Shown piece by piece: positions 29,168-38,166 of a stretch of 64,000 nt of DNA (position 1 is the first letter of the stretch; each line of letters begins with the position of its first letter). The notes below the pieces were generated by a model. That model did no database searches and had not been told where the DNA came from. It saw only the letters and a list, made by a program, of their open reading frames with translations. A program made the position numbers and the translations under genes. The stretch comes from an uncultured Pelagibacteraceae bacterium (GTDB lineage: Bacteria; Pseudomonadota; Alphaproteobacteria; Pelagibacterales; Pelagibacteraceae), in contig CABYFX010000001.1 of NCBI GenBank assembly GCA_902518395.1, positions 4,709 to 68,708 on the forward strand, written 5' to 3'.

Positions 29168-30124
29168 TTATTTTCTTATCTGTAACGTCTTTAATCTTGG
29201 ATTAAGCATAAGTGTCATTAAGTCTGCCAATAAATTTATACTAACATATATAGATGCAAGAATTATTGCTAATGCTTGAACTGTAGGTAAATCTCTATTT
29301 GAAATAGACTCTATAACCAACCTTCCAAGACCAGGATAATTAAATACTACCTCAGTTACAACAACACCACCTAAAAGCCATGCGATTGTTAGAGCCACAA
29401 CATTTATAGCTGGTAACAATGCATTTGGTAAAACATGTTTAAAAACCATTTTCCAATATGGAACACCTTTTAAAATTGCCATTTGAACATATTCACTTGC
29501 CATAACTTGAATGACACTTGATCTCACCATTCGTGCCATGTGAGCCGTCATAATCATTGCAATAGCGATTACTGGTAAAATAATATTTGGTAATAGTTCT
29601 AAGAATGAAACATCAGTTGGAACAATTACAATTCCTGGCAACCACTCTAACCATATTGCGATTATTAAAATTAATAAAGTAGCACTAATAAACTCTGGAA
29701 TAGTCATAGCAAATATAGTTACTGTTGAAATTGCTACGTCAGGCAATTTATCTCTCCAAAGAGCAGTTACTATTCCAAGTATTAGAGCGATTGGTATACC
29801 AATAAAAATAGCAGCTGATGCTAGAACTAATGAATTTTTTATACGTGGCCCTAGAACCTCTTTAATTGGCATTTCTCCACTCAAAGAATAACCAAAGTCT
29901 CCTTGAATAGCATTTACTGCCCAAGATACATATCTCTCATATGCAGGAACATTCAAACCTAATCTTCTATAACAAGCTTCTAATTGCTCTCCAAATGCTT
30001 GTCTTTCAAGATACGTTGTGCATGCATCACCAGGTAAAATTTCTGTTCCAACAAAAGTGATTAATGATACGATAAATAAAGTTATTAAACCTAATAGAAT
30101 TCTCTTTATAATTAAAAAAAGCAT
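29168..30124 (-). CDS. dppB: Dpp/Opp-type ABC permease (DppB-like)
   Basis: PGD, GDFGYS, EYV.MA..KG and VVTEVVFNYPGLG motifs. Confidence 0.9.
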   Translation of the reverse strand: MLFLIIKRILLGLITLFIVSLITFVGTEILPGDACTTYLERQAFGEQLEACYRRLGLNVPAYERYVSWAVNAIQGDFGYSLSGEMPIKEVLGPRIKNSLVLASAAIFIGIPIALILGIVTALWRDKLPDVAISTVTIFAMTIPEFISATLLILIIAIWLEWLPGIVIVPTDVSFLELLPNIILPVIAIAMIMTAHMARMVRSSVIQVMASEYVQMAILKGVPYWKMVFKHVLPNALLPAINVVALTIAWLLGGVVVTEVVFNYPGLGRLVIESISNRDLPTVQALAIILASIYVSINLLADLMTLMLNPRLKTLQIRK

Positions 30125-30167
30125 AAGGATACTTAAATTTTAAATTATTTATTAAGAAATGGAAGAG

Positions 30168-30199
30168 GTTTTACAGGCCTACTTAAAGGCCTGTAAAAC
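30168..30199 (-). terminator. Intra-operon hairpin downstream of the substrate-binding protein gene
   Basis: GTTTTACAGGCCT-acttaa-AGGCCTGTAAAAC, 13-bp perfect stem 7 nt after the SBP stop. Confidence 0.65.
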
Positions 30200-30206
30200 G
30201 AAATTA

Positions 30207-31694
30207 TTATTGAACGCTAACTGTGTGCCATCTTATTGAAAAATACTCAACTTCGTCGAGGTTTTTCACTTTAGAAGATGTGACAACCAGTCTAGATACG
30301 TGGTACGGAATCATAGTTCCAGATTCTTCCCATAGTGTTTTCTGAGCATTGATGTATGCTGCTTTTCTTTTACTAAATTTTAACTCTCCTCTAGCTTCAG
30401 CTAAATTTTTGTCAAAAGAAGCACTTTTATAGAAAGACTCGTTCCATTTTGCTTCACTATGATAAGCTTCATGCAAAATACTGTCTGCAGGTCTCTCATT
30501 CCAACGTGTCATTGCCACAGCCTTTTTCATCCAAGTTTCATTCCAATAACTTTTTGAAGGTGTCATTTGAATGTCTGCTCTAATGTTAGCTTTTGCAAAT
30601 TGTTGTTGTAAAACCTCAGCAATAGTTGGCCACGTTGGTTCTTTTGTAGAAACGTGAATTGTCATATCAATCCCATCTGGATAACCTGCTTCAGCAAGTA
30701 ATTTTTTTGCTGTTGCTGGTTGTGGTGGACAACTCTTCTTCATTCTATATTGGTCAGATGGTGCAACAGGAGTATCGCAAGATACTGTTGCTGCTCCAGC
30801 CATAACAAGATCAACTAATTCTTGTCTATCTACAGCTATTCTTACAGCCTTTCTTACTCTCACGTCATCAAATGGTGCAACGTCAGTTCTCATTACCATA
30901 CCTCTCCAGTTTCCTGTAGGTATAACTGAAACGTTAAACTTTGAATTACCATCAAATATTTTTTTCTGATTGAACGGAACATATCTATTCATATCAATTT
31001 GACCTGTAAGTAGAGCTTGAATTCTAGCTTGACCATCTGGGATAGCTATTACGTGTACTTCAGCAAGTTTAGGAGCCCCTTCCCAATAATCTGGGTTTGC
31101 TTTAAGAATTGTCGTTCCTTCAGCATCAAACTTTTCTACTATAAAAGGTCCAGTTCCAATACCTGTTTTTCCAATAGTATCTCCTGATCCACTAGGTATC
31201 ATTCTCAGTCTATAATCAGTTAGTAAAAGTGGAAAATCTGCAAAAGATGTATTCAACTTCATTTTAACTGTGTGTGAGTCTATAATCTCAATATCTGTTA
31301 CTGCACTCATGCTTTTCTTTGCAGGCGAACCAATTTCAGGATCTTTAACTCTCATTAGAGAATATTTTACATCCTCTGCATCAAAATCAGATCCATCATG
31401 GAATTTAACACCTTTTCTTAAATTAAAAGTCCATTCTGTTGCATCTGCATTTCCTGACCAGTCTGTTGCTAGCTCAGGCGATGTAACCCCTTTAAGATCT
31501 TTTCTAACAAGACGGTTCTGTGTCATTATTACTACCTGAAACAGTCGTCCTTTAGTAATTGCGTCTAAATTTGTATCTTTTCCAAAACCAACATCATGAG
31601 ATAGTTTAAACACTCCACTTGATGCATTAGCAAAAGAAAACGTTACAAATAGTGATACCAATGAAACCGATATCAATTTAAAAATGTTTTTCAT
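30207..31694 (-). CDS. Family 5 (DppA/OppA/NikA-like) ABC substrate-binding protein
   Basis: Signal peptide (..ANA); family-5 signature PELATDW..WTFNLRKGVKFHDGSDFDAEDV; GTGPF; PFDDVRVRKA. Confidence 0.93.
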   Translation of the reverse strand: MKNIFKLISVSLVSLFVTFSFANASSGVFKLSHDVGFGKDTNLDAITKGRLFQVVIMTQNRLVRKDLKGVTSPELATDWSGNADATEWTFNLRKGVKFHDGSDFDAEDVKYSLMRVKDPEIGSPAKKSMSAVTDIEIIDSHTVKMKLNTSFADFPLLLTDYRLRMIPSGSGDTIGKTGIGTGPFIVEKFDAEGTTILKANPDYWEGAPKLAEVHVIAIPDGQARIQALLTGQIDMNRYVPFNQKKIFDGNSKFNVSVIPTGNWRGMVMRTDVAPFDDVRVRKAVRIAVDRQELVDLVMAGAATVSCDTPVAPSDQYRMKKSCPPQPATAKKLLAEAGYPDGIDMTIHVSTKEPTWPTIAEVLQQQFAKANIRADIQMTPSKSYWNETWMKKAVAMTRWNERPADSILHEAYHSEAKWNESFYKSASFDKNLAEARGELKFSKRKAAYINAQKTLWEESGTMIPYHVSRLVVTSSKVKNLDEVEYFSIRWHTVSVQ

Positions 31695-31810
31695 AATTTC
31701 CTCTCTTTAAAAAAATAAAAGGTAACAATTAGCAACTTATATAGCAACAGTGAAAATGGTTCTTTTTTATTTGTTTTATTGATGTATTTTGATTATTTAA
31801 AAAAAAAGTA

Positions 31811-33040
31811 ATGAAAGATTTAATCAATAAATACAGGTTTACAGTTAAGCCTATTAGCCTTGAAAATTCTAACTCTGTGGAGCTTGCAAGGTCAATTCAA
31901 GTTCATCCACTAACTTATCAAGAGCTTCCGTATGACCCTGAATATTCTAATTATGCTGGAAGATTAACACTTGAGAAATTATCAAATGTTAGTTCTGAGG
32001 AAATGTATTGGAAAGGAAGGCAAGAAATAATATTTAGACATACTGGTGAACATCCATTTGAAATATCTGGTCCAGATTCATTAAAATTATTACAAAAAAT
32101 ATTTCCAAGAGATGTATCAAAAATATCAAAAGGAAGATGTTCTTACCAGTTTGCTTGTTATCACGATGGGGGAATGATTACAGACGGAGTTCTGTTAAAA
32201 ATTGACGAAGATAAATATTGGTTTGCTCAAGCAGATGGAGATCTTTTTTCTTGGTATAAAGCTCACTCAAAAAATATGGATGTTGAAATAAAAGATCCTA
32301 ACGTATGGGTAAGTCAAATACAGGGTCCTTTATCAATGAAACTGTTAGAAAATATAGCAGATGGATTTTCTGAAAATGATTGGAAATATTTTGATTGGAA
32401 AGAATTACAAATCTTAGGTCAAAAAATAATAGTAAGCCGAAGTGGTTTTACAAATGAGCTAGGTTGGGAAATTTATTTTCGACCTGAAAATGAAACTGAA
32501 AAAATAGGAGATTACATTCTTGAGGAAGGAAAAAAATTAGGTATGATTTTAGTTGCCACTCCAGGTTTTAGATGTAGAAGAATTGAGGCAGGTCTACTAT
32601 CTGCAGGACAAGATTTTACAAAAAAAACAAATCCATTTTCGGTTGGTCTTGGGCGTTTTATAAATTTTGATAAAGAGGATTTTATTGGAAAAGAAGCTCT
32701 CATGACATCAGATAAAAAATGTAAAACATGGGGAATTAGAGTTGCAGAGGGAACTGCTATTAAAGGTGAGAGTATTAAAATAAATGAAAAAAATATTGGT
32801 AAAATAACTTCTAGTACTTGGTCGCCATATCAAATTTGTGGAGTTGGCATTGTACACCTCGATAATAATGAAAATGGACCAGGGGATGTTGTCGATGTTA
32901 AATGCACCGATGGAAAAGTACATAAAGGAGAAATTTGTAAATTGCCAATGTATGACTCAAAAGGAGAAATAGTTAGAGGTCTAAATAGAAATATTCCTAA
33001 AGTGCCTAATCCTTGGGCTGGTATTAAAACCACGAATTAA
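31811..33040 (+). CDS. GcvT-family THF-dependent aminomethyltransferase/demethylase
   Basis: ISGPDS, GGMITDG, QIQGP, SRSGFTNELGWEI, RRIEAGL and FIGKEAL motifs; atypical N-terminus. Confidence 0.85.
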   Translation: MKDLINKYRFTVKPISLENSNSVELARSIQVHPLTYQELPYDPEYSNYAGRLTLEKLSNVSSEEMYWKGRQEIIFRHTGEHPFEISGPDSLKLLQKIFPRDVSKISKGRCSYQFACYHDGGMITDGVLLKIDEDKYWFAQADGDLFSWYKAHSKNMDVEIKDPNVWVSQIQGPLSMKLLENIADGFSENDWKYFDWKELQILGQKIIVSRSGFTNELGWEIYFRPENETEKIGDYILEEGKKLGMILVATPGFRCRRIEAGLLSAGQDFTKKTNPFSVGLGRFINFDKEDFIGKEALMTSDKKCKTWGIRVAEGTAIKGESIKINEKNIGKITSSTWSPYQICGVGIVHLDNNENGPGDVVDVKCTDGKVHKGEICKLPMYDSKGEIVRGLNRNIPKVPNPWAGIKTTN

Positions 33041-33052
33041 AAAATTTATTTA

Positions 33053-33745
33053 GTGAAGGCTAAAAAACAAATAATAGCAGTTGGAGGTGGTGGATTCACA
33101 CATAATGAAGATAGCGATTTAGATCAGTTTTTTTTAGATCAAATAAGTAAAGAAAAATGCTCTATAGGATTTTTACCAACTGCTAGTAATGATGATTCCA
33201 GAAAAACCGAGCTATTCTACAAAAGATTTAAAAATTCTAACTTTAAAGTTTCTCATTTCAATCTTGTTTCCAAAGTTAAGGGTTTTGAAAACTGGATTTC
33301 AAATTTAGATGCTATTTATGTTGGTGGAGGAAATACTAAATACATGCTCGATTTATGGGGAAAAAATAATTTATTTGAAATTTTTAAAGAAATTTATAGC
33401 TCAGGAATAATTCTTTCTGGTGTAAGTGCTGGGGCTGCATGTTGGTTTGATTATTTTCTGACAGACTCAGATGGACCTGGCTTCAAACCATTACGTGGCT
33501 TAGGGCTTATATCTGGAAGTTTTACTCCACATTATTCAGATGCAAAAAGAGCACATAAATACAGAGAAAATATAAAAAATAAAACTTTACCTAGTGGTGT
33601 AGCTGTAGATGATGGAGTTGCAGTACTTTTTATTGACGGAAAACCAACTGAGGTTTATTCTTCCAGAGATAGTCATAATGCTTATTTTGTTGATCAAAAT
33701 AAACAACTTAATTTAAAAGAATATATTAAAGTTAATAATGAGTGA
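33053..33745 (+). CDS. Peptidase S51 (dipeptidase E-like) hydrolase
   Basis: FLPTAS, YVGGGNT, GVSAGA (catalytic Ser) and PHY motifs. Confidence 0.85.
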   Translation: MKAKKQIIAVGGGGFTHNEDSDLDQFFLDQISKEKCSIGFLPTASNDDSRKTELFYKRFKNSNFKVSHFNLVSKVKGFENWISNLDAIYVGGGNTKYMLDLWGKNNLFEIFKEIYSSGIILSGVSAGAACWFDYFLTDSDGPGFKPLRGLGLISGSFTPHYSDAKRAHKYRENIKNKTLPSGVAVDDGVAVLFIDGKPTEVYSSRDSHNAYFVDQNKQLNLKEYIKVNNE

Positions 33746-34901
33746 TAATATTTTACCAAGTCAAAAAATTTTTAGCATTAAAGATGCAAGAGAGCTGTCA
33801 CGAAAACGTCTACCTAAATTAGTTTTTGATTTTATTGATGGTGCATCTGGAGATGAAAAATTAGCAGAAATAAATAGCAGAGCTTTAGATCAAATTAGAC
33901 TTGAACCTAAAGTTTTAAGAAATGTTGAAAAAAGATCTCTTAAAAAAAAAGTATTAGGGTATGAATTTGATTTTCCATTTGGTTTTGCTCCAATGGGAAT
34001 GACTAATTTATCATGGCCTGGAGCAGACTCTATGTTAGCAGCTGAAAGTGCGAGAAACAATATACCTACTTGTGTTTCTATGGCTTCTACAACAACTTTA
34101 GAAAAAATGTATGAACTTTCAGAAGGTCACTCATGGATGCAGCTATACATATTTCAGGATGAAAATTTTGTTATGGAACTTTTAGATAGAGCTAAGAATG
34201 CAGGATACGAAGTTGCAATATTAACTGTGGATGTCCCAGTGCTATCCAGACGAACTAGAGATGATAAAAATGGATTCTCCTACCCTTTCAAGATTGGTCC
34301 AAAACAATTTTTTGATTTTGCGACTCATCCTACTTGGTCTTTATCGACTTTGCTAAGCGGCATTCCTAAACCAATGAATTACGTAACATCTAAAAGTGGA
34401 GATGGTATTTTTAAAAGAAAAGAAAGTAGAGGTTCTACTGATTGGGATACACTTAAGAGAGTAAGAGATAAATGGAAAGGTAAACTTATAATTAAAGGAG
34501 TAATGTCTCCTGACGATGCAACCCAAATTAAGGAGGCTGGCGCTGATGCAATACAAGTTTCAAATCATGGAGGCAGACAATTAGATAGCGCTACAGCAGC
34601 AATAAATATGCTTCCACTAATCAGAAAATCAGTAGGAAACGATTTTCCTTTAATCTTTGATAGTGGAATAAGAAGTGGAAGTGATATCGTGAGAGCTCTT
34701 GCATTTGGCGCAGATTATGCAATGATTGGAAGGCCCGTAATGTATGCAATGGGTGCTGATGGAAGAAAAGGATTAAGGAGAATTGTGGAAATAATCAAAG
34801 AAGAAGCCAGCACGACACTCGGGTTAGTAGGATTAAACGATATTAATGATGTAACTTCTAATATAGTAATAGATAGTACTGTAAATAAGGTAAATTACTA
34901 A
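33738..34901 (+). CDS. FMN-dependent alpha-hydroxy acid dehydrogenase (LldD/MdlB family)
   Basis: APMG, QLY, LTVD.P...RR.RD, KG, SNHGGRQLD, DSGIRSG and GRP motifs. Confidence 0.92.
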   Translation: MSDNILPSQKIFSIKDARELSRKRLPKLVFDFIDGASGDEKLAEINSRALDQIRLEPKVLRNVEKRSLKKKVLGYEFDFPFGFAPMGMTNLSWPGADSMLAAESARNNIPTCVSMASTTTLEKMYELSEGHSWMQLYIFQDENFVMELLDRAKNAGYEVAILTVDVPVLSRRTRDDKNGFSYPFKIGPKQFFDFATHPTWSLSTLLSGIPKPMNYVTSKSGDGIFKRKESRGSTDWDTLKRVRDKWKGKLIIKGVMSPDDATQIKEAGADAIQVSNHGGRQLDSATAAINMLPLIRKSVGNDFPLIFDSGIRSGSDIVRALAFGADYAMIGRPVMYAMGADGRKGLRRIVEIIKEEASTTLGLVGLNDINDVTSNIVIDSTVNKVNY

Positions 34902-36644
34902 ATGAGCGAAAACAAAATTAGAGGTGGGGCTTTACTTGCGAGGGCTCTTAAAGACAAAGGAATTAGTAAAGTTTTTACCCTTTCAGGAGGCTTTTGTAAT
35001 CCGGCAATTGAAGGTTTTGCTGAATGCCAAATTGAAGTTATTAACACTCCTCATGAGCAGATTGCAGGTCATTTAGCAGATGGCAATACAAGAATTACTC
35101 GTAAACCATCAGTATGTTTAGTTGGACCCGAAGGATTTACGAATGCAGTCCCTTCAATGATGGAGGCTTGGGGTGAGAGAAGTCCAATTATTTACATTAC
35201 AGGATCTAGCAGTCTTAAAAGACAAGGCTCAGGTGGTTTTAAAGAAATTGATGATGTTTCAATTGCAGCCCCTTTAACCAAATATAGTGCAAGCATTACT
35301 GATGGAACTAGAATAAGAGAATTTGTAGACAAAGCATACCATATTGCAACTAACGGATATCCAGGTGCTGTACATCTTAGTCTTCCTGTTGATATTATGT
35401 TTTCATCTTTTGCAGAGGAAGTTGGTTTAGAAGAAAGACCATATTCTCAAAAAGCAAAACCTATAGCCAAAGCGTGGCCAGATCCAAATTCACTCTCTAA
35501 AATCTTAGAGCTTGCTTGTAATTCAAAAAAACCAGTTATTATTGGTGGACACGGTGTTTGGTGGTCACATTCAGAAAAAAATCTTGAGGCAGCAGGTAAT
35601 AATTTAAATATACCAATTTTTAATGTCCCGTATCATCAAAAATTATTAGGAGAAGAAGCTAACGCTTATATGGGCTTGGCTGATATACATCAATACCCTC
35701 CTTCAGAATTTGCACTACAAAATTCAGATCTGGTTCTTGTCGTTGGAGCACGATTAGATAATCAACTAAATTTTGGAAATCCACCTTTTATACCAGAAAC
35801 AACAAAATTAGTTTGTGTAAATGGTTCACATGAAGAATTAGAACTTAATAGAGCTGCAGATTTTAGTTTACTAAGTGATCCTGGTGTTTTTTTAGATACA
35901 TTATCCAACTTAAAAAAAAATAATAAATGGTCTTTAGATACAAATTGGTTTGAAGAGAATAAAAAAAAGAAGAAAGAATGGGTAGATAAATCATTAAAAG
36001 ATTTAGAAATTGAAGCTGAAGCATCTAAAAAAAATGGAGGAAAAATTCACCCTCTACAACTTTCATTGGATGTTCAAGATGCAATGGGTGAAAATGATTG
36101 GCTTGTTATCGACGGAGGAAATACTCATTTTTGGTCTGAAATTGCAATTAACATCGCAGGTGCTAAAGGGAAAAAATTAAAAGGTATATTGCATCCTGGA
36201 ACTTTTAGCATGTTAGGTGTTGGGGTTTCATTCGCTCTATCTGCAAAAAATCATAATCCAGATTCAAATGTAGTTCTAATTAGTGGTGATGGTGCGTTTT
36301 TATCTGGGGGAATGTCTATTGAAAGTGTATTTTATGAAAAAAAACCTATTACTGTTGTAATAGATAATAACGGAGGTCTTGCCTCAATTGGTCAGCAACA
36401 AGAGAGATTATTTAAAAGCGGAAAAAGCGTGGGAACTGATTTTCGTGATATACCATTTCACAAGATATTTGAAGGTTTTGGAGGACATGGAGAATTAGTT
36501 AATAAAAGAGAAGAATTAGGTCCTGCACTTAAAAGAGCTATGGAAAGTGGAAAACCCGCATGTGTAAATGTTAAAGCAAAGCCTGTATTAAGCCCAATAG
36601 TCTCTGCAGTTGCAAGTAAAAGAGAAAAATCATCAATAGAATAA
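34902..36644 (+). CDS. Thiamine diphosphate-dependent enzyme (AHAS / 2-hydroxyacyl-CoA lyase / benzaldehyde lyase superfamily)
   Basis: HEQ catalytic Glu, PGAVHLSLPVD, MLGVG and GDGAF..NNGG ThDP motif. Confidence 0.88.
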   Translation: MSENKIRGGALLARALKDKGISKVFTLSGGFCNPAIEGFAECQIEVINTPHEQIAGHLADGNTRITRKPSVCLVGPEGFTNAVPSMMEAWGERSPIIYITGSSSLKRQGSGGFKEIDDVSIAAPLTKYSASITDGTRIREFVDKAYHIATNGYPGAVHLSLPVDIMFSSFAEEVGLEERPYSQKAKPIAKAWPDPNSLSKILELACNSKKPVIIGGHGVWWSHSEKNLEAAGNNLNIPIFNVPYHQKLLGEEANAYMGLADIHQYPPSEFALQNSDLVLVVGARLDNQLNFGNPPFIPETTKLVCVNGSHEELELNRAADFSLLSDPGVFLDTLSNLKKNNKWSLDTNWFEENKKKKKEWVDKSLKDLEIEAEASKKNGGKIHPLQLSLDVQDAMGENDWLVIDGGNTHFWSEIAINIAGAKGKKLKGILHPGTFSMLGVGVSFALSAKNHNPDSNVVLISGDGAFLSGGMSIESVFYEKKPITVVIDNNGGLASIGQQQERLFKSGKSVGTDFRDIPFHKIFEGFGGHGELVNKREELGPALKRAMESGKPACVNVKAKPVLSPIVSAVASKREKSSIE

Positions 36645-36646
36645 TT

Positions 36647-36982
36647 ATGGCAACTTTCTCTTCTCACTTATTAGATGCAACAAATGGCTCGCACGCTGCA
36701 AATGTTGAAGTAATTATTTATCAAATTAATGAAAATGGAGAAAAGAAAGTTTTCTGCGAAACTAAATCTGATGAAGGTGGACGAATACTACAAGAATTTG
36801 AATTAAGTAAAGACGACTGTAATTGTGAGTATGAAATGGTTTGTAAAACTGGCAGCTATTTTTCAGAAAAAAAAATAGTTTCAGAAATTAATATTAAATT
36901 TAAAATGGAAGATCAAAATAAAAAATATCATATACCAATTATAATCTCTAAAAATAGCTACACAGTTTGGTGGTCTAAATAA
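36647..36982 (+). CDS. Transthyretin-like protein (HIU hydrolase fold) with non-canonical C-terminus
   Basis: SSHLLD..G..A, D..GR and YHIP motifs; ends YTVWWSK rather than YRGS. Confidence 0.8.
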   Translation: MATFSSHLLDATNGSHAANVEVIIYQINENGEKKVFCETKSDEGGRILQEFELSKDDCNCEYEMVCKTGSYFSEKKIVSEINIKFKMEDQNKKYHIPIIISKNSYTVWWSK

Positions 36983-36983
36983 A

Positions 36984-38150
36984 ATGAGTAAAGAAAATTT
37001 AATTCCACAAAAAAATATAAAATTAAATATGTCTAGGCGTATAAGACGAACTCCATTTACTAATAAAGTAGAAGAACGTGGAGTATCTGATTTTACCGTT
37101 GTCAATCACATGCTACTACCTAAAGGTTTTAAAAATACTGTAGAAGAAGACTACTGGCATTTAAGAGAACATGTTCAAGTATGGGATGTGTCTTGTCAAA
37201 GACAAGTACAAATCTCAGGTCCAGATGCTGAAAAACTTGTACAAAAAATGACACCCCGATCCATAAAAAAAATGGAAACAGGTAAATGTTTTTATATTCC
37301 AATAATTGATGAAACAGCTGGTATGATTAACGATCCAGTTTTATTAAAACTAGATGACGATATGTTTTGGATTTCTATTGCAGATTCAGATATTTTACTT
37401 TGGGCAAAAGGTATTGCTTTAGGATCAAAATTAAATGTAGAAATTATTGAACCAGATGTCTATCCACTGGCTATTCAGGGTCCCAAATCTGAAGATCTTC
37501 TAATTTCAATATTTGGGGAGGATATAAAGAAGTTAAAATTTTTTAATTTTAAAGTTTTTGATTTTTTAGGAACTAAACAAATTATTGCTAGATCAGGATA
37601 TAGTAAACAAGACGGTTTTGAAATATATTTTAAGGGATTTGAAACTCATTTTAATGAAATAGAACTTGGAGAAAAACTTTGGGACACTGTTTGGGAGAAT
37701 GGACAAAAATTCAATATTTCCCCAGGATGCCCAAATTTAATTGATAGAATTGAGGCAGGGTTAATGTCTTACGGAAATGATTTTACAAAAGAAAATAATC
37801 CTTTGGAGTGCAATCTTGATAAATACTGCAAACAAGAAGATGATCACGATTTTATAGGTAAAGAAGCTTTAAGAAAGATCCAATCTGATGGAATAGTTCA
37901 GAAAATAAGAGGAATTTTGTTTGATGGAGATCCATGTAAGCCAACCGGTGTGCCTCTACCAGTATATTCAAAGGATAATGTAAAAATTGGCCAAATTGCT
38001 TCTGGAATATATTCTCCAAGATGTAAAAAAAATATTGGTCTTTCTATGATTTTAAAAGATTACTGGGAAATTGGAAATGAGGTTTTTGTAAATACTTTCA
38101 ATGGAAAAAATAGAAAAGGCATTATAACTTCTTTACCATTTCCAGATTAA
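36984..38150 (+). CDS. dmdA: DMSP demethylase DmdA-like aminomethyltransferase (start may be the downstream MSRRIRRTP)
   Basis: RR.R.TPFT, NHMLLP, HVQVWDV..QRQV, INDPVLLKL..WISIADSD, ARSGYSKQ.GFE and PGCPNLI.RIE motifs, matching DmdA as I recall it. Confidence 0.72.
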   Translation: MSKENLIPQKNIKLNMSRRIRRTPFTNKVEERGVSDFTVVNHMLLPKGFKNTVEEDYWHLREHVQVWDVSCQRQVQISGPDAEKLVQKMTPRSIKKMETGKCFYIPIIDETAGMINDPVLLKLDDDMFWISIADSDILLWAKGIALGSKLNVEIIEPDVYPLAIQGPKSEDLLISIFGEDIKKLKFFNFKVFDFLGTKQIIARSGYSKQDGFEIYFKGFETHFNEIELGEKLWDTVWENGQKFNISPGCPNLIDRIEAGLMSYGNDFTKENNPLECNLDKYCKQEDDHDFIGKEALRKIQSDGIVQKIRGILFDGDPCKPTGVPLPVYSKDNVKIGQIASGIYSPRCKKNIGLSMILKDYWEIGNEVFVNTFNGKNRKGIITSLPFPD

Positions 38151-38166
38151 CCTTATATTTATAATT

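Noticed and set aside
31695-31810. Possible glycine riboswitch upstream of the GcvT-like gene
   Set aside because: The region is almost pure A/T and lacks the GGAGA, CCGAAG and CTCTCAGG elements or stable stems.
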